Numbered from the stretch's first letter, positions 50,001 to 64,000 are shown. The stretch: 64,000 nt of DNA from Vermamoeba vermiformis (GCA_045837725.1 JBEWZL010000188.1:1-64000), one strand, 5' to 3'. The notes: generated by a model not told the origin, from the sequence alone. Numbers and translations are program-made.

Positions 50001-53000
50001 GTACAGCCGTGCAATTGACAGGGTCGGTGACGTTAGGCACAACGCAGCCAATGCGGAACATGACTTGACCTTCTCTGCACATTGCATCTCCGTTTCGAAC
50101 GTTAATGATGAACGAATCAACACAGAGTCCAACTTCAGGTATCATTTCGCCGTCCTCGCAGTAGCCTGTGGTAGCACATTCAGTCTCATTAGCACATTGT
50201 CTGGACGCTACTCGGCACTGGAAGTTCGTTTGATTGTACGGGCACGTGGTGAGACCAGCTTGACACCTTTGACAGTCTTGAAGAGGCAGATCCGCACATG
50301 ACTAAAAAAAGCTTATTTTAGCCACAATTTAATTTGTTAAGCGATTAAATGTCAACGTACGATAGATTGGACTTGCACTTCAGTTAGGCAGTTCGTTATA
50401 CCAGGATGAGTAAAAGTTGCGCAGACGTGTTCAGTCGTGCAATTGGCACGTGTCACATTAGGATAGGTGCATCTGTTGAACTCCTCATTCATATAACTGA
50501 ATAGAGTTAGGGACCTATAACCTATATAGTAACATGTTAACTGAACTTACCCGGGGCATGAAGCAGCAGGGACGTTCGAAGTGCACAGTTCAATAGGCTC
50601 GTTCAAATTAGACTCGCACTGGAAGCACGGTACGTCACAGCCATAAGTCACAGCACATTCGCTCTATCGACTTGTTAGTTATCTATTATTACGATTAAGC
50701 TTGATATGACTTACAGGCTCCAATTGAACTCCAATGTTGCAAGCACCTTGACCGCATCTTTCAGGGTTGTCAAATCTGCCGTGACGCCAGGTACGACCAG
50801 ACCACCAAGTGGCATTGACAATAACGTCCTCGCAGTCATTGCTCGTAGCAAAAGATTCGCAGAATCCACCAGCTGTACAGCAACAAGTTAGCCAAAATGT
50901 CAAATGTGACACGTGTCAACAAAAGTGTCAAAGTGTCAAAGTAGATTTTGAGTGTACCTGAGTTAGGGTGCCATTTACGTCTGATACAATCGCACTTAGC
51001 GCATTTAAAATCAATGGCACGGCGAGCACAATAAGAGTCCCATTTATCGCAGCAGTACGAATCGTAGGCGCACATGCAATCAATAACTGTCTTATCAGCA
51101 CACTATACACGGAGTTAATATTAGCACTATTGTAATAGCCATATCATCACTACTTACGCCTTGATTAGGGTCACAACAAGGGTTGTCGCAGTCTTGATCT
51201 TTGCACGTGTTGTTGTCCAGCGTGGTGTCGTAACACAATGCAGGGCAAATAGTACGATTCCAGTTAACACCTTCGTTCTAAATAATAATATTAGGCACTA
51301 TACGTATAATATAGAATGAGTGCAATATATTGGCACTTACTCTCATGGTCAGATCAGCACAGATCTTGCCAACTAGACACTCGTCCTTATTAGTGTACTG
51401 AGGCAATTTGCAGACACGTTCATAAGGGACCCAAGTTCCGCCTAAAGTCTATAATATGGTTCAGTAATAGTACCATCACACGGATCTGCACTATCACAAA
51501 CCTCGCATGTCGCAGCTGTCTCGGTCGTTGCGGCGTAACAGCCCTTAGTCTCGCTGTAATCTCTGCACGTACCGTCTTCCCAGCACTCGCCGCACAAGTA
51601 CTCGCTTTTCTCCAAACAGACTTTCGAGCATTCAGGTTGGGTTAGACCGTCACATTCGCGCCAGTTGCACGCCTTAGGATCCAAGCACAAAGGCTCATCG
51701 ATGTTTCCTGACTAAGAAGGGGCCAAGGATTAGTCGATTTCCAAATATGGCAATAGTTTGGTGTAAAAGGAATGTAATTGCAATGTCGCCAAACGGTACT
51801 CGGGCAATGATTGAAAACTTACGTTGTTAGCACGAATAGCATCAGCAAGAGGTCCCACGCAGTCATAAGTTGTCATAGTAAGATTATTAAGCATTTGGTG
51901 CAATGTTTCATCCTCCATATTGCTGTTGTTTGAATCCGGATCAACCGCTAAGCGGATGTACTTCTTGACTACCGGCGAGAACGAGCTATTAAAGCACTAA
52001 AATATTGTTTGTGTTAAATTTAGAATTAGAATTAAATTTCAATTTTCTAATTATGATTTGTGTACCTTTACGAACGCGCCAAGAGGATCCGCCCATGGAA
52101 TCACACAAGTGCGACTGACGAGATTGCACGAGGTAAGACAATCCGCATCACTCTTGCAAGCATAGCCACTATTTCTTTCACCATAAATTCGCAAATGGCA
52201 CGTTCTATACAGCGAGTTCAAGGCATTTAAAGATCGCTCGTTGACTTCATTTAAAACGATGCATCCCTCCGCAGGATTTTCAGCGCGGAAGCGTTGAAAA
52301 ATTGCGTCAAGAAAAGTCCAATGAACTTGCTCGGGTCTAAGCGAAGCCAAATTGCGCGACGGGCAGATTGAGTTCAATCCGCTGAAGTTCGCCGTCAAGT
52401 ATTGTGGGAAGATGAAAGAGTAGTTTCTAACACTACAACATTGATCGTATAGCAGTCTAAAGTATTAATATTAGTAAAGAGAAGCTAACTAAGCTAAAAC
52501 GTGATGAAATTTCCTAATTTGGAAAGTTCGATTCTAGCTCGCTTCAATAAGCAAATTTAAATGAATAAAGGTACTCTCTATACTATAATAAGGTCTTATA
52601 ATGTAAAACTTACGTTTGATTGCAGCAAGGATCAACAGCATATTCTCTGCTACCGAAGCGGTGGATGCAGGTAGTTGAATCCAAGACTTCAAGCGTGACT
52701 TCAGGGTTTTGATAAATAGCTGTCAACTCTTCGAACATGAGTGCACAATCAGACCAAATTTTTGAGGACAAGAGCATCATGACCTTGTTGGATTTGTCAA
52801 AAAGTTGTTCGTAGTTTCGGATGTCTGTAATGGTCGACATTTCCGACTTAATTTGAGTCTCGAATAACTGGAATCGATTAAAGTCGCATGTTCTTTCTTC
52901 CAAGGTCAAGCCGTAGTTCGTCTAAACAATAAAACAAAGATCAGATCCGGATGTACCAAAAAAAAATTCGATCAAATAATTTGCAATTGACTAAAATATT

Positions 53001-54221
53001 AGTAGACTATTCATGTGAATATATTAACGGTTTTGCGTACCGATTGGCTATTATACTCGATGGCAAGAGTACACTCGTCAAGACGAATTCTGTTGTTGTC
53101 AAAATGAAGCGTATGAGTATTTAAATCCCACAAATCTGGTTGTGCGAGAAAAACAAGGGCAAGGCTGTTACTATAAGACGTGCTAGCAGGCGGAATAGTG
53201 AAGGAGCTACAAAATAGAAAAATCGATCAGATTTGGATGCGAAAAAAAATGTACGGCAAAAGATCGTATTTCATAAATATAAATGTAATATAGTGATTTA
53301 CATTACCTCATAACTTTTAAGTAAGTGCCTAATGGATCCCAAACAATTGGCGGCACGAAAAAAAGTTTATGGGAGAGCTCGGATGGCGAAACTGTATTAC
53401 TCAGCGGGCCATTTGACAAAGTAACCGATTGAGTACTTGTAGTATCATTGCCGACATATAAAGGGCAATTTAACTTCGCGATTCCTATTTTTAGAATTTG
53501 CGTAAGTCGAGATCCTCAAAGAATTAAAAAATTTTGTCTTTTAAACGTCAAAATCTTCACGCTACTGTCATAAAAATTTAATATAAATATTATTTACCTT
53601 GCGTATTTAATGTGTAGGTCGATAAAGGAAAGCATCGGGATTGGCCACACAAAGTCGCGCTCGAATCTGCTACATAATAATCCGTTGCTAACAAAAATCT
53701 GCGTTAGCTCGTGTTGCCGTATATAAATAACGTATAAATGAATACTCGCGGCACTAAATGGTCCGAAAGCAAACCAAAAAACAAAAGGTTTCTTGAAATC
53801 CAAAAAACCGTTATCACCTCGCAAATTGCGTAATTGACTGCATTAAAATAGAGTAACATAAATAGTCTACTTACAAGGAATGCTAGCAAGTCCGTCGTGG
53901 TTAAAGCGTAAAACAGCCACATTGTAAGTAGATTCGCGGTCCAAGTAAATTCGTTGAATATGGTACGTAACATTCTCTGCGACTATAATATATTAACGCA
54001 TTAATATCAAAGTATTTGGAACTTGATTCGTTAATGAACGAAAATTGGGAACAAATAATAATTGTTTTGAATAATCTCCGTTATCTTTTACCAACATAAA
54101 TAACGAAAATAATTCCATAAATATTTAATAATACTGCGAATTTACCTGCATAGGACAAGCAGAGAAGGAAAATCGTGAAGACGACCGCGGATCGACAGCC
54201 CGAAAGTCGCTTGCCCGTCAT
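47093..54221 (-). CDS. Very large Cys-rich surface receptor with a multi-pass (about 7 TM) region and a Pro/acidic cytoplasmic tail
   Basis: Signal peptide MTGKRLSGCRSAVVFTIFLLCL; many Cys-rich exons 49800-52900; hydrophobic helices 47880-48800; PPDYDPD and LPYPPVPSR repeats. Continuity across all exons was not fully checked. Confidence 0.6.
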
Positions 54222-54555
54222 TTTTATAAGGCCATACAATCCTATTAATATAGTCTGTATTGTGGAGCTTATGGGCCTGCGTAATTTTGATTTGGAATGA
54301 CATTTTTGTTTCGTGTCATTTTTTTGACAGTTTTGTAATGACACTTGAAGTGCACAACAATAATTATCTCTTTTTAAGTATTATATCGGTGCTATATGGT
54401 TGCATCGGTATTTTTCATGCTTATCGAGCAAGTATTTTGTTTATTTAACCGAGATCCGAAGAACCTAAAAGAAAAAGTTTGACCAAACGTCAAAAAATCC
54501 CTTTTGGCGTTTATTCCATAGAAACAATTTATTTATTGAGGCAAATACTTTAAAG

Positions 54556-57197
54556 ATGAATATTAGTATCATATTTATCGTCTTAGTGGCGTTCATTGGA
54601 CGCTCAACAGCTGATCCAAACGCTTGCGCGGGCAGGTATAACGCTTCCATGTTGGATCAACGGGCACAGGTAATCTTTATTGCATTAAATATTATTAAAT
54701 TATTACCAGCAGTTTAAGTGCTGATAGAGCTAAAAGTGAATCCGGACCGGCTTTCAGGAACATTCTTTAGTCCTATTGTGTAACTAAATATTTTTCTAAT
54801 ATAATAATACTCACGTCTACACGTTATTGTAATGATACAATACCGATAAATAATCGAATAATATTTAGGTGCAATACTGTGCAGGTAACTTTATGCAAGT
54901 CCACGATCCAGCCAACAGTCGATTGGCTTTGGACCAATCAAACGGTTTTCTGTATTATGGATACATCGGAGGTCTTAAAGTGGTTAATTCAGACAATTTC
55001 AAGCTCAAACAAATGTTCAACTTCTCTTCTGTTGCTCGCTTCCAAAGTAAGTCTCCTTCAAGCTCTTTTAATAAGATTATTAACGGCGTATTAATCTTCT
55101 ATATTAGACGTTGATTTGTTGCGTAACTACGCATGGCTCGTGACGGCTCAAGGAGTTGCGAGTATTGACTTGGAGAATCCGGTATAAAGCCGAAACACTT
55201 TGAATTTGAAACAATTATCTAACGACTTAATTCTAGAAATCAGACCTTGCATATTCAACTCTTCAAGTTCAAGGCAATCAAAACTGTCCCGGAGGTAAGT
55301 CGGATCAAATCCGGATGGTAACCCGAAATTTAATCTCATTCCTGAAATCTTAGTAGCCTTCCAAAAATTAATATTAGCCGCATCATAAGTTTGCAAACCA
55401 TCAATAGATGGTTATAGAATGGTTTACTAACTCTTTCTTTTTTTTTCAGATTTCGCTCTGCTGGATGAGCTCGGCGGCAACGCTTATTCAATCTGCGTTA
55501 ATGGCAGCAGTGTTGCATTAGCGCTGAAGATTGATATTTCCGATCGCAAAGCTGCTGTTAAGACCTACTATCCTATCGCTCAACTGCAATTCCAACAAAA
55601 CGCAAGTACGTCCGTATTAGGAAAGTGCAATAATGACGATAATCTTTGCAGAAATTATTTCTTTGTCACCCGACAGACGACGTAGCACGCTGTACACAGT
55701 GACACTCGCATACGACAACACCCCTCTGATGATCACTGCGATCAGAACTGCAGGTAAGAAACGTTAAGAATACTTCTGCGAACGGTCTTATTGTTCTGAA
55801 TTTGTTCTTCAAGAACACTTCGGTGATGATAATTTGACCGTACATTTGCGCTGTTATAAAAGGAAAACGTCAAAAATGTTGTTCGATGACACGTGTCAAA
55901 CTTGAGTTCGAACATGAGCTTCAGAATGACACCTGTCATTAATAAGTGTCATACCAGTATTGTTCCGAGACTATTAGATGTTACTGGAGTAGCAAAAAAG
56001 TGACACTTACGGCAAACGCAAGATCCGATCTTGAAACGGTTAATTAACTAACGGTTCTTTTAGACATGAGCTACGCCAACAGCACCAATGTTCAAGGTCT
56101 TGGCATCTACGCTGTGATTGGCTGTGACGATCAATATTTTTACACGTTAGACAGTAAGAAATATTTCTTCGCGAAGGAGAATCGTTCATGAATAACGAAA
56201 TTTCGTTTAGATATGAATAACACGCACTTGATCGTGGCAAAACGCGATATTTACACCATGAAAGTGGTGCAACGATCATTTGACCGGTTCAGAATTGACT
56301 TGCTGAAGAGTTATTCGATTGACGTGCCTGCCGGTCAATTGACAGTGTGGCACGACTCGACATTCATCTTGTACGACTTCAATTTGAAGAATTTGTTCGG
56401 CTGTCAAAGATTGCCTATTCCGGTAAGGCCGTCATAAGGTGACTTTAAGAAAGTACGAAATTAATCAAACTTTACTAGACGCATCCCTGCAAGGCCTGGA
56501 AAGTGATTGGTAACTCAATGTTGTGGAAACAAAACAACTTTTTGAGCTTGCAATGCATGGATGATAAGTACGGCAAGAGTCTCGTAATCGGCTCACTTTA
56601 GGTCGTTCGAACTGACTTCGTATATGTAGTGCTTTGTTCGTATCACGATCACTTCTGAGTCCCAACGACGGCTGTCCAAATCACTGCTCATTGCACGGCC
56701 AATGTGTGGCTGACGAGTGCTACTGTGCCAAAGGTTACAGTGGTAACGACTGTTCGAACAACGAGAACAACATCTGTGGCCGAGAATGCGATCAAGATTC
56801 TGACTGCTGGGGCGAGTTTTTGAACGCGTGTGTCGTGTGCTATAAAACACGCCAAGAACAAAAGAAAACGTAAGTCATTGCGACAAAGTTTTGTGACACG
56901 TGTCAAAGTGACACTTTTGACAGGTGTCGCCCAGTTTGTACAGCGCCGTGCACGTACGCCAATCAGTGTTATGAATGGGGCACGCACTCTTTTATCAATC
57001 AATGTGCCCAGTGCTCGAAACAGTTCCACTATTGCTTGGCCATGCCGCACCAATGTGGCACTCAAACTTGTTTACGTAAGTGACTGAGTAGTATCATTAG
57101 CTGAAAACTGAATGTATTTGCAGATAACGAGGATTGCACTTTTGAATGTCCTACATGCGTCGGAGCTACGCCGATCAAACTTGGAACATGCAGATAA
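54556..57197 (+). CDS. Secreted protein with beta-rich N-terminal region, an EGF-like domain and Cys-rich repeats
   Basis: Signal peptide MNISIIFIVLVAF; CPNHCSLHGQCVADECYCAKGYSGNDC. Confidence 0.65.
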
Positions 57198-57356
57198 AAT
57201 ATTGGAATTCCATTCGTTCAATGAATACTCGAATTAAATGTGCACCCGAGAGCAAAAAATGCTACGTAAATGAAAGTATATCCTTATGTAGTATACTACG
57301 CAGTTTCGTTTTTATTGACTTTAGTAAAGGCCGATGTTTGTGCGACAGCCTGACAA

Positions 57357-58394
57357 TTAGAACTGAATTTTTTGGCAAGCCAAGTTTGGATTGGCCTTCG
57401 TAGGAGGAGCCTGTTCGTGCACCGTTAGCCCCACACGTATTTTTCGCCTATAAACTTACGTATATGGAAGGAGAGAAGGGACCTAAAAGGGTGTTGAAAA
57501 AGTTGACTTGGACATCGCCAATGTTGTAATCGACGTCGCTAATAACTATTTGTAGAATACTTCCGTCCTTGGAGGACACCCAAAGAGTCACAGGAGTGAT
57601 CGGAGTGACAATACCAAAGACGTTGACTACATTAATGAAGAATAAGTTGATATGAAAGACTATTTTCAGGCGGACCTGCTACCGCATCCGTTAAACAAAA
57701 AACGTACCGTAGAACTGCCAGCCAGTGCAGGGTTGACCGTTGATGACTTGAGCGCCGAGGTAAGTGGCATTAGCCGGAATTTGAAACGGGAAGTAAGTAG
57801 TAATGATGGCAGGAAGAGAGCCTAAAAGTTACGTGCTTAGATTTAATAATAAAATTAAGAACAAAGGAAGGAGTTTTAATGTCGATAGACGCTTTCATGC
57901 GACTTACCAAATTCCCAGCATAAAGGACCCTCGTAGACGTAAGCTTCAAACACCAGGTGAGCGTTTCATTAGTTGTATTGCTTCTCTTGATTTACTTACG
58001 AGTCAATGCGCCGTTGTTAGGAGACACGACCAGGTTGGTGTGGAAAGACAAAGGAACAACTGAAAGTGTCAAAGTGTCAGACGGATGGACGATCCAAATA
58101 GATATTTCAGACTGAACTTACATTCTTCGCCGCCGAGTTCAATGAAAATCCCTCCATTGGTCCAATCAAATGCAACGACACCACCGATGTTGATCAACGA
58201 GGTCAGCGGAGAGACATAATTGGGGAAAACAACTAAAATGAAAAGAGTAAGCTGGGTCTGCTTTAAAAATATCTTTTAATTGTTCCCTTACCGCTGAAGT
58301 TAGATGTGAATTGTTGAGGAAGTTTAGGAGCGGTTTGTCCAAGAGCAGATCCGACCAAGCAGATCATGACAACGAATAAAGCGATAGCCTTCAT
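57357..58394 (-). CDS. Small secreted protein, ependymin-related/LolA-fold-like
   Basis: Signal peptide followed by APKLPQQFTSNF; PANATYLGAQVINGQPCTGWQF. Confidence 0.55.
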
Positions 58395-58815
58395 AGTTTA
58401 AATGCTTGGAGTTGTGGTAGGATATTACGTTGATAACTGATAATGAAATTTGTTCAAATCTTTCGCTTTTATCTTTTTTCGTACGTTTTGTGTCCTTGAA
58501 TGTACATGGAGCAAATTTGGTGCTTCAAAACGAACTTGTGATCCGTTCGGAATAATGTCAAGTTCCTGATGGAGCATTAAGTCTCATTCTATTGATAATT
58601 CTTAAAGGCAACACCAATAATCCAGATTAACATAATCAATTGAATTTTTGACAATATGGTGCAATCCTCATTTTGTACCGAAGAGCAAATGGGCTATAAA
58701 ATCAGTAGCAGCTCTTTCAAACTGAAGCTTTACAAGGAACAAAAAGAATTACAAATGATCCGTATTATCGAATCAGTAAAATATGTACAAAATTGCTTTT
58801 TCGGATCTGCATTAT

Positions 58816-61800
58816 TTAGTTATCTCCGAGTCTTTCAGCGGTCACTAAGTGATAGTCTGTACCAACAGGTAACTTGAAAGGATTATCTTTCTCCGTCTAA
58901 ATAAGATACAAAACGTTAGTTATGGTTTGGATCGGATCGACTAAATCCAGATCTTACCGCTGTGCGCTTTTCAAGGGCGACTATGAATCCCAAAATAACG
59001 ACTTTAGCCTTAATTTCTTGTTGGAAGATGTGTTCGTCTTCAGGATTCAAGAAGAAGTTGGGTGCACCAATGTTCCAGATCTCGTAAAAATCAGCCCGGT
59101 TCGGTCTAAAGGCGACCAAACAACCTCCTTCAAAACTGTTACCAAATAAGGAAATTAGTAACCATTCATGAATATCTATCGTAGGTCCCTACTTGTTCAT
59201 AGCAATGCTGTTTTGACGGTACACACTGATCAGCTGTTCTTTGTACTTGACGTCTTCTTTGGCCTCTTGCAATGCTTTTTCCATCGCTTTCATGTGTTGT
59301 TCAATTTCACGCCCGCCTTTTGAGGTCTGGTCCCAATGGTTCAAAATACGCGTAACACGTTCAGGCACAGTCCTATGAAGTAAGGTCAAGACCTACTCGA
59401 GAATCGATTACCATAAAAGGAAATTTGACTTACATGTTGTTCACGGCAGGCGACGATTTAGTCGTTGATTCAATGATTTCGAGACCTTCGCGGAATTGCG
59501 TCAATTCTTTTTCTAATTGGGCAATTTTTGCAGTCGCCGATTCTTCGTTCTTTTTCAACGAGTTAATTGTCGCTTCTCGCTTCTTAAGCTCTTCGTTGCT
59601 GTTTTTCGTTTCTTCACTTAATTTTTTCACGGTCTCTTCGAAAAGTTTTACCGTGCGATTTTTAGTGTCCAATTGTTCTTGCAATTCTTTTTTGGATAAT
59701 TCTGAAATGCTAATACTCGACGCCAAATTTTCTTCGAGCTTTTGATTATCTTGCTGCAAAGATTTGACGATATCTTGGTACTCTTCGTATTCAGTTTTTG
59801 TTTTCGTCAGCTGGATTTCTAGTTCATGAACTTCGTTGCCCAACTCGTCATTATTTTTTTTCAATTTTTCCGCTTCTGCGCTTAGCTTTTCGTTTGTGCT
59901 CTTTTCATTAGCAAGCTCAGATTTCAATTGACGAATTTGATCTTCGAGCTGTTTCTTCGTTTCCGAGAATTCTTTCGTTGAATTTTCTTGACTTTTAGCC
60001 ATCTGTTCAATCTTTTCGTGTAAAGATTTTGATTGGTCACCAAATCCAGCGATCTTTGATTCAAGTTCTTTTTTCAGCTCGCTTATTTGGGCGCTAAGCA
60101 CGGTGTTTTTGTCTTCGGCACGTTCATTTGACTCTTTGAATTGTGCGACTGTTGCACGCAAATCAATGACTTCTTTGTTCAACTTTGAAATTTCATCAAC
60201 AAGTTGGGCCTTCTCGCGAGTGAGGTTCGATTGAGTTTCTTCAAATCGGGCAATTTTTTCGGACGTTTCATCGATGACACACTTTAATTGGTCTTCTTCT
60301 TCCTTAGCTACTTTTAACTCAGTTCTAAGAGCCATCAATTGTTCACTTGCACTCTCGAGTTCAACTTTTAACTGTTCTTGCGTGCTTTTCTGGGCCGAAA
60401 TTTCTCCGTTGTGCGCCTCAGTCATTGAAAGTATTTGTTGCTTCAATTCTTTAAGTTGTAATTCCAATGCTTGTATCTCTTGTGCATCTTTTTTTTCTTT
60501 GGCTTGCATTGCACTTAATGCTTTTTCTAGTTGCTCGGCTTTTTCCGACAAAACGACTTTTTGCTTGCTCAGTTCTGTGACTTGCTGCACAAACGATCGT
60601 TTTTCTTCCGCAATGACTTTCTTTTCCATATCCGCGTCAGAAATTTGTTGTGAGAGCTCGCTGGTCTTAAGATCGTGAGACTTAAGTTGCTCCGTTAACC
60701 TCTTAATCTCTCGTTCTAATTGTGCCACGGTAGATTTGACCGTATCAGCTTCATCTTTCTTTTGTTGCAATTCTTTTCGGAGATCGAGAATGATCTCATT
60801 TGTTTGGGCAATGTCTTCCTCGACCTTGCTCACCACGAGATTCTTTTTCTTAAGTTCTTCTTCGAGGTTCGCTTGTGTGGATTGGTACTGAACTTCTGTA
60901 TCCTTCAGTTTAGTCTCTAACTTTTGAACTTGGTCTTCGAGTCTCTTGACATTGTTTTGTGATTCCAAAAGCTTCGTGCTATCACCAGACTAGTCAAAAT
61001 CGTTAGTACAAACGCGTTAGAATTTTAATAGAATGATGTACGTACTGAGTGCGAGGGTGATTGTGACTGAGCAAATGCAGATATGCTGACTTTAGTTTCT
61101 AGCTCTTGCACGCGTCGTTTGTAGTTCTTAGCCTCTTTGCGCTTTCGTTCCAGCTCGTCCTGCAACGTCTTCAACTTCTCGCTGATTGACGCACTGAACG
61201 CTAGCTGTGACTGTTGTGACGGTGACTGAGCCTTACTTTCAAGTTGCATTTTTCGCATCTCTTCATCGAGATTCATATCGGAAGCATTTCCGAAGAAATT
61301 ACTCCTCCAGTCCAGATCAACGCTGAAATCTCCTTCGACGTCGGGTAAATCTTCATCACCTCCGTCAATGTCAATATGAATGCCCGGAACTCCTGGTGGC
61401 AACCGACTTATCAGCTCTTTGGGAATATAGATGCCGTATTCCGTAATATATCTAATAATAAGATTAGTATTGCGACATTAGATCCGGATCTGTGTAAATT
61501 TCGCCCGTACTTTTCACGCTGTTTCCTTTCGTTGCTAGTAATGTTCTCTAATCTTAACCGCAGTTTCTGTAGCTCAGTCAACAACTTTCTGTGCCACGAA
61601 CGACGTCGCTTAATCTCGTGAACGTAAGAGTCGTAAGCAGGTGCCAAACACTCCAAATATACCAATTGGAACATGTCTTTCTTGTGCTTCAACAGCATGG
61701 CTCTAAAGCCATCCTTGCCGGCAATCTTATGCTGCAATGTCGTGATCTTTGATTGCAACGATGATACGCCCTTCAGTCGTTCATGAACCAGACGTGAAAG

Positions 61801-63724
61801 GTTCGTCTAAATAAAGTCATTAGTTCTGGCTAAGAATACCAATTTTAGCATGTCAGAATTACATACTTTTGATATTGCCATTAATTTGAGTTGATCGCTA
61901 AGTTCGCGGTGAGTGTTGTTCAAAAAGACCAAATTGTTCGTATGCGCTGTAATTATTGCTTTGAAACCATCGTACATATCGTCGGATACGTTTCCGCCGG
62001 ACTGCATTGTGACTTTAAGAACGTTTTGTAACTTTTGAAGGTCTAAAAATAGCGTCAAAGTTAGTTGTCAAATTGTTTCAGAGAAAATATATAACATTTC
62101 ACTTACCGTTCCAAAACGCAGAAGTAATTGCTTTAATTTCTTCGACCTTATTACTGCATGATTTTAATGTTTCTTGTTGCTGCTTAATACTACAATAATA
62201 AAAGAATTAGTAATTATTCAACACTTCCTTCGAATGTTCCGACCGGAAAAAATGCAATTTTATACTTAAAAAAGCGATTAATATGTTATAAAGCACGACT
62301 ATAAACAGTTCATTATTAATATAGTGCATCGTTTAATCAACGTGAAAAGTTTTAAGTGAAAATCAAACTACTTACTCAAAATCCATTTGCCTGTCCGTTT
62401 CTACTTTAACATTTTGATCCAATTCTTTAATTGACCGCGTTAACTCGCTAAATTTCCACCGCAACAAATCTGTTTCATTTGTGATTCGTTAGTCCAGCTC
62501 GCACAAAATCAAATGAGTACTGGTCTTAAACTTATTCTTACCGTCTTGTTCTTTGCATCGCTTAGCCCAATCACGCAGCTTATCCACGGGTATAAAATCA
62601 ATTAATGTCTTGTGTTGCTCGTCAACTAATGCCGGATCCAATTTTGTTTCTCGGAGTTTTTGCAACGTTGAGTCCATATTCTTAAATAATTTGTCATGCT
62701 CTTCTTGTTTTCGATTCACGTATTCAGTGAACGGGTCGAATATTTGCAATAACTTTCTGTCATAATCATTCAAGTTTGCAATGGCTGACCGAATTGCTGC
62801 CAATTGATTTTGTTGCTCGAAATGGCTTTGTATTATTAATCTTAACGAAGCATCTGACGAATCTAATATGGCCTATTATAGTAATAAAATTATTATTAAT
62901 CGAAGATAGCGTAATAATTTGTAATCTAAATCAAATCTCGAATTTGCAATTGCTGCGAGGTAAGATTATTCATTAATGATAAATTATGGATGAAGGGGAA
63001 TAATATTGCAATTATTTAAATAGCGCTGCAAACGCAAAGCGTAATTTTCCTTGAAAAAGTGTCGATCTGGATCTTTTTCGGCTTACCTTGGCAATATTGT
63101 ATTGATAGGAGAATTTCTGCTCGTATTGTTTTAAGTTTCTAACATGTACTGGCTCCGCTGGATTAGGTACAAACACGGGTTGCTCCGGTACTAATTGAAA
63201 TTTATTAAATTGAGATCAGATCCCGAAAACTCGATCAGAAAAAAATTAAATTGATTTCTATTACTAATTTCATTTGCAAATATAACATGAATATTATTCT
63301 TATTGTCCTATAAATTAAACTCACAATTTATAAGCGGAATCTCGTAATAGGTCTCGCTGGGTGGCGCTGAATCGATTCCCAATTGTCTCTTATCATACAA
63401 AAATATTTGCTTATCCTAAAATATTAATAAAAATATTAGTACTGCAATTTTCCTTTCATAAAGCAACGTATGAGCTCACCTGAGTTAATCCGAGCTCTGC
63501 AAACGTTTTTTGAGCCGGCAATTTCGTTCCCTCGCATAATAATATTTGCTGATCGACGGGAATATTATAATTCTCGTATACTTTTTGCTTTACATGATCA
63601 ACGCTGCATGGAAGGTTAATCCAGAATTATTTCATAATTTATTCTTTATTTTTTCAGCTTACGTGGCATTAGATGGAAAGTTAACATCAATAGATGCACC
63701 GTTATCTGCTCGTATAATTTTCAT
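58816..63724 (-). CDS. ATG11: Autophagy scaffold ATG11/RB1CC1 (FIP200)
   Basis: Ubiquitin-like N-terminus (MKIIRADNG); QSIGQQFGQPLQT-region ORF continuing AAIRSAIANL; CLAPAYDSYVHEIKRRR; about 500-aa coiled coil; C-terminal claw FEGGCLVAF...VILGFIV...DNPFKLPVGTDYHLV. Confidence 0.85.
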
Positions 63725-64000
63725 TTGTAGTTATCACTTGCAAGTAACTGTGTTATAGATGTAGATCTGAGCAAAGACCAAAACGCTCTGTGAGAGTTGT
63801 CTATGCTCGTGATCGTCAATAAATATATCTAACAATATAAATAATAAATAAAAAAAATGAGACTTGTGTGTGTTGTCTCTCTTAAGAATACAAGAAAAAA
63901 ATAATTCTCATCCGCGCGAAAAAATCAATTCGTGAAAGATTGGAAACGTGGGCTTAAGAAGAACGAATGGCTCAAAAAAATCTTCAATTGCCGTGGTGCC

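Noticed and set aside
59430..60968. 512-aa coiled-coil ORF as a separate myosin- or SMC-like gene
   Set aside because: It is an internal exon of ATG11, flanked by splice sites and by ATG11 N- and C-terminal motifs.

Overview
Intron-rich, AT-rich eukaryotic DNA with short GT-AG introns and CTAAC branch points. The gene content (AOAH, MACPF, ATG11, (6-4) photolyase) fits a free-living bacterivorous protist, possibly amoebozoan; that assignment is inference. Bases 1-5224 are a DNA transposon bounded by a terminal inverted repeat of at least 23 bp. It carries two divergent spliced genes: a 663-aa DDD-type (Sola-like) transposase with a C-terminal chromodomain, and an 8-exon, 792-aa protein with an N-terminal ParB/Srx-like domain and a C-terminal degenerate N4/N6 DNA-methyltransferase-like domain. 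Seven copies of a 21-bp palindrome (AAAAACGCG-NNN-CGCGTTTTT) are spread through the element: six inside its tiny introns, one in the divergent promoter, often about 300 bp apart. This ParB-plus-palindrome arrangement resembles a ParB/parS module and is the most unusual signal in the window. The rest is about 20 host genes, including a secreted protein with two MACPF domains, several genes with bacterial-type domains, a candidate structured ncRNA near 20 kb, and a recurring TGACAC intron motif. Exon boundaries were read by eye: the two transposon genes were frame-checked junction by junction, while host gene coordinates are outer spans.
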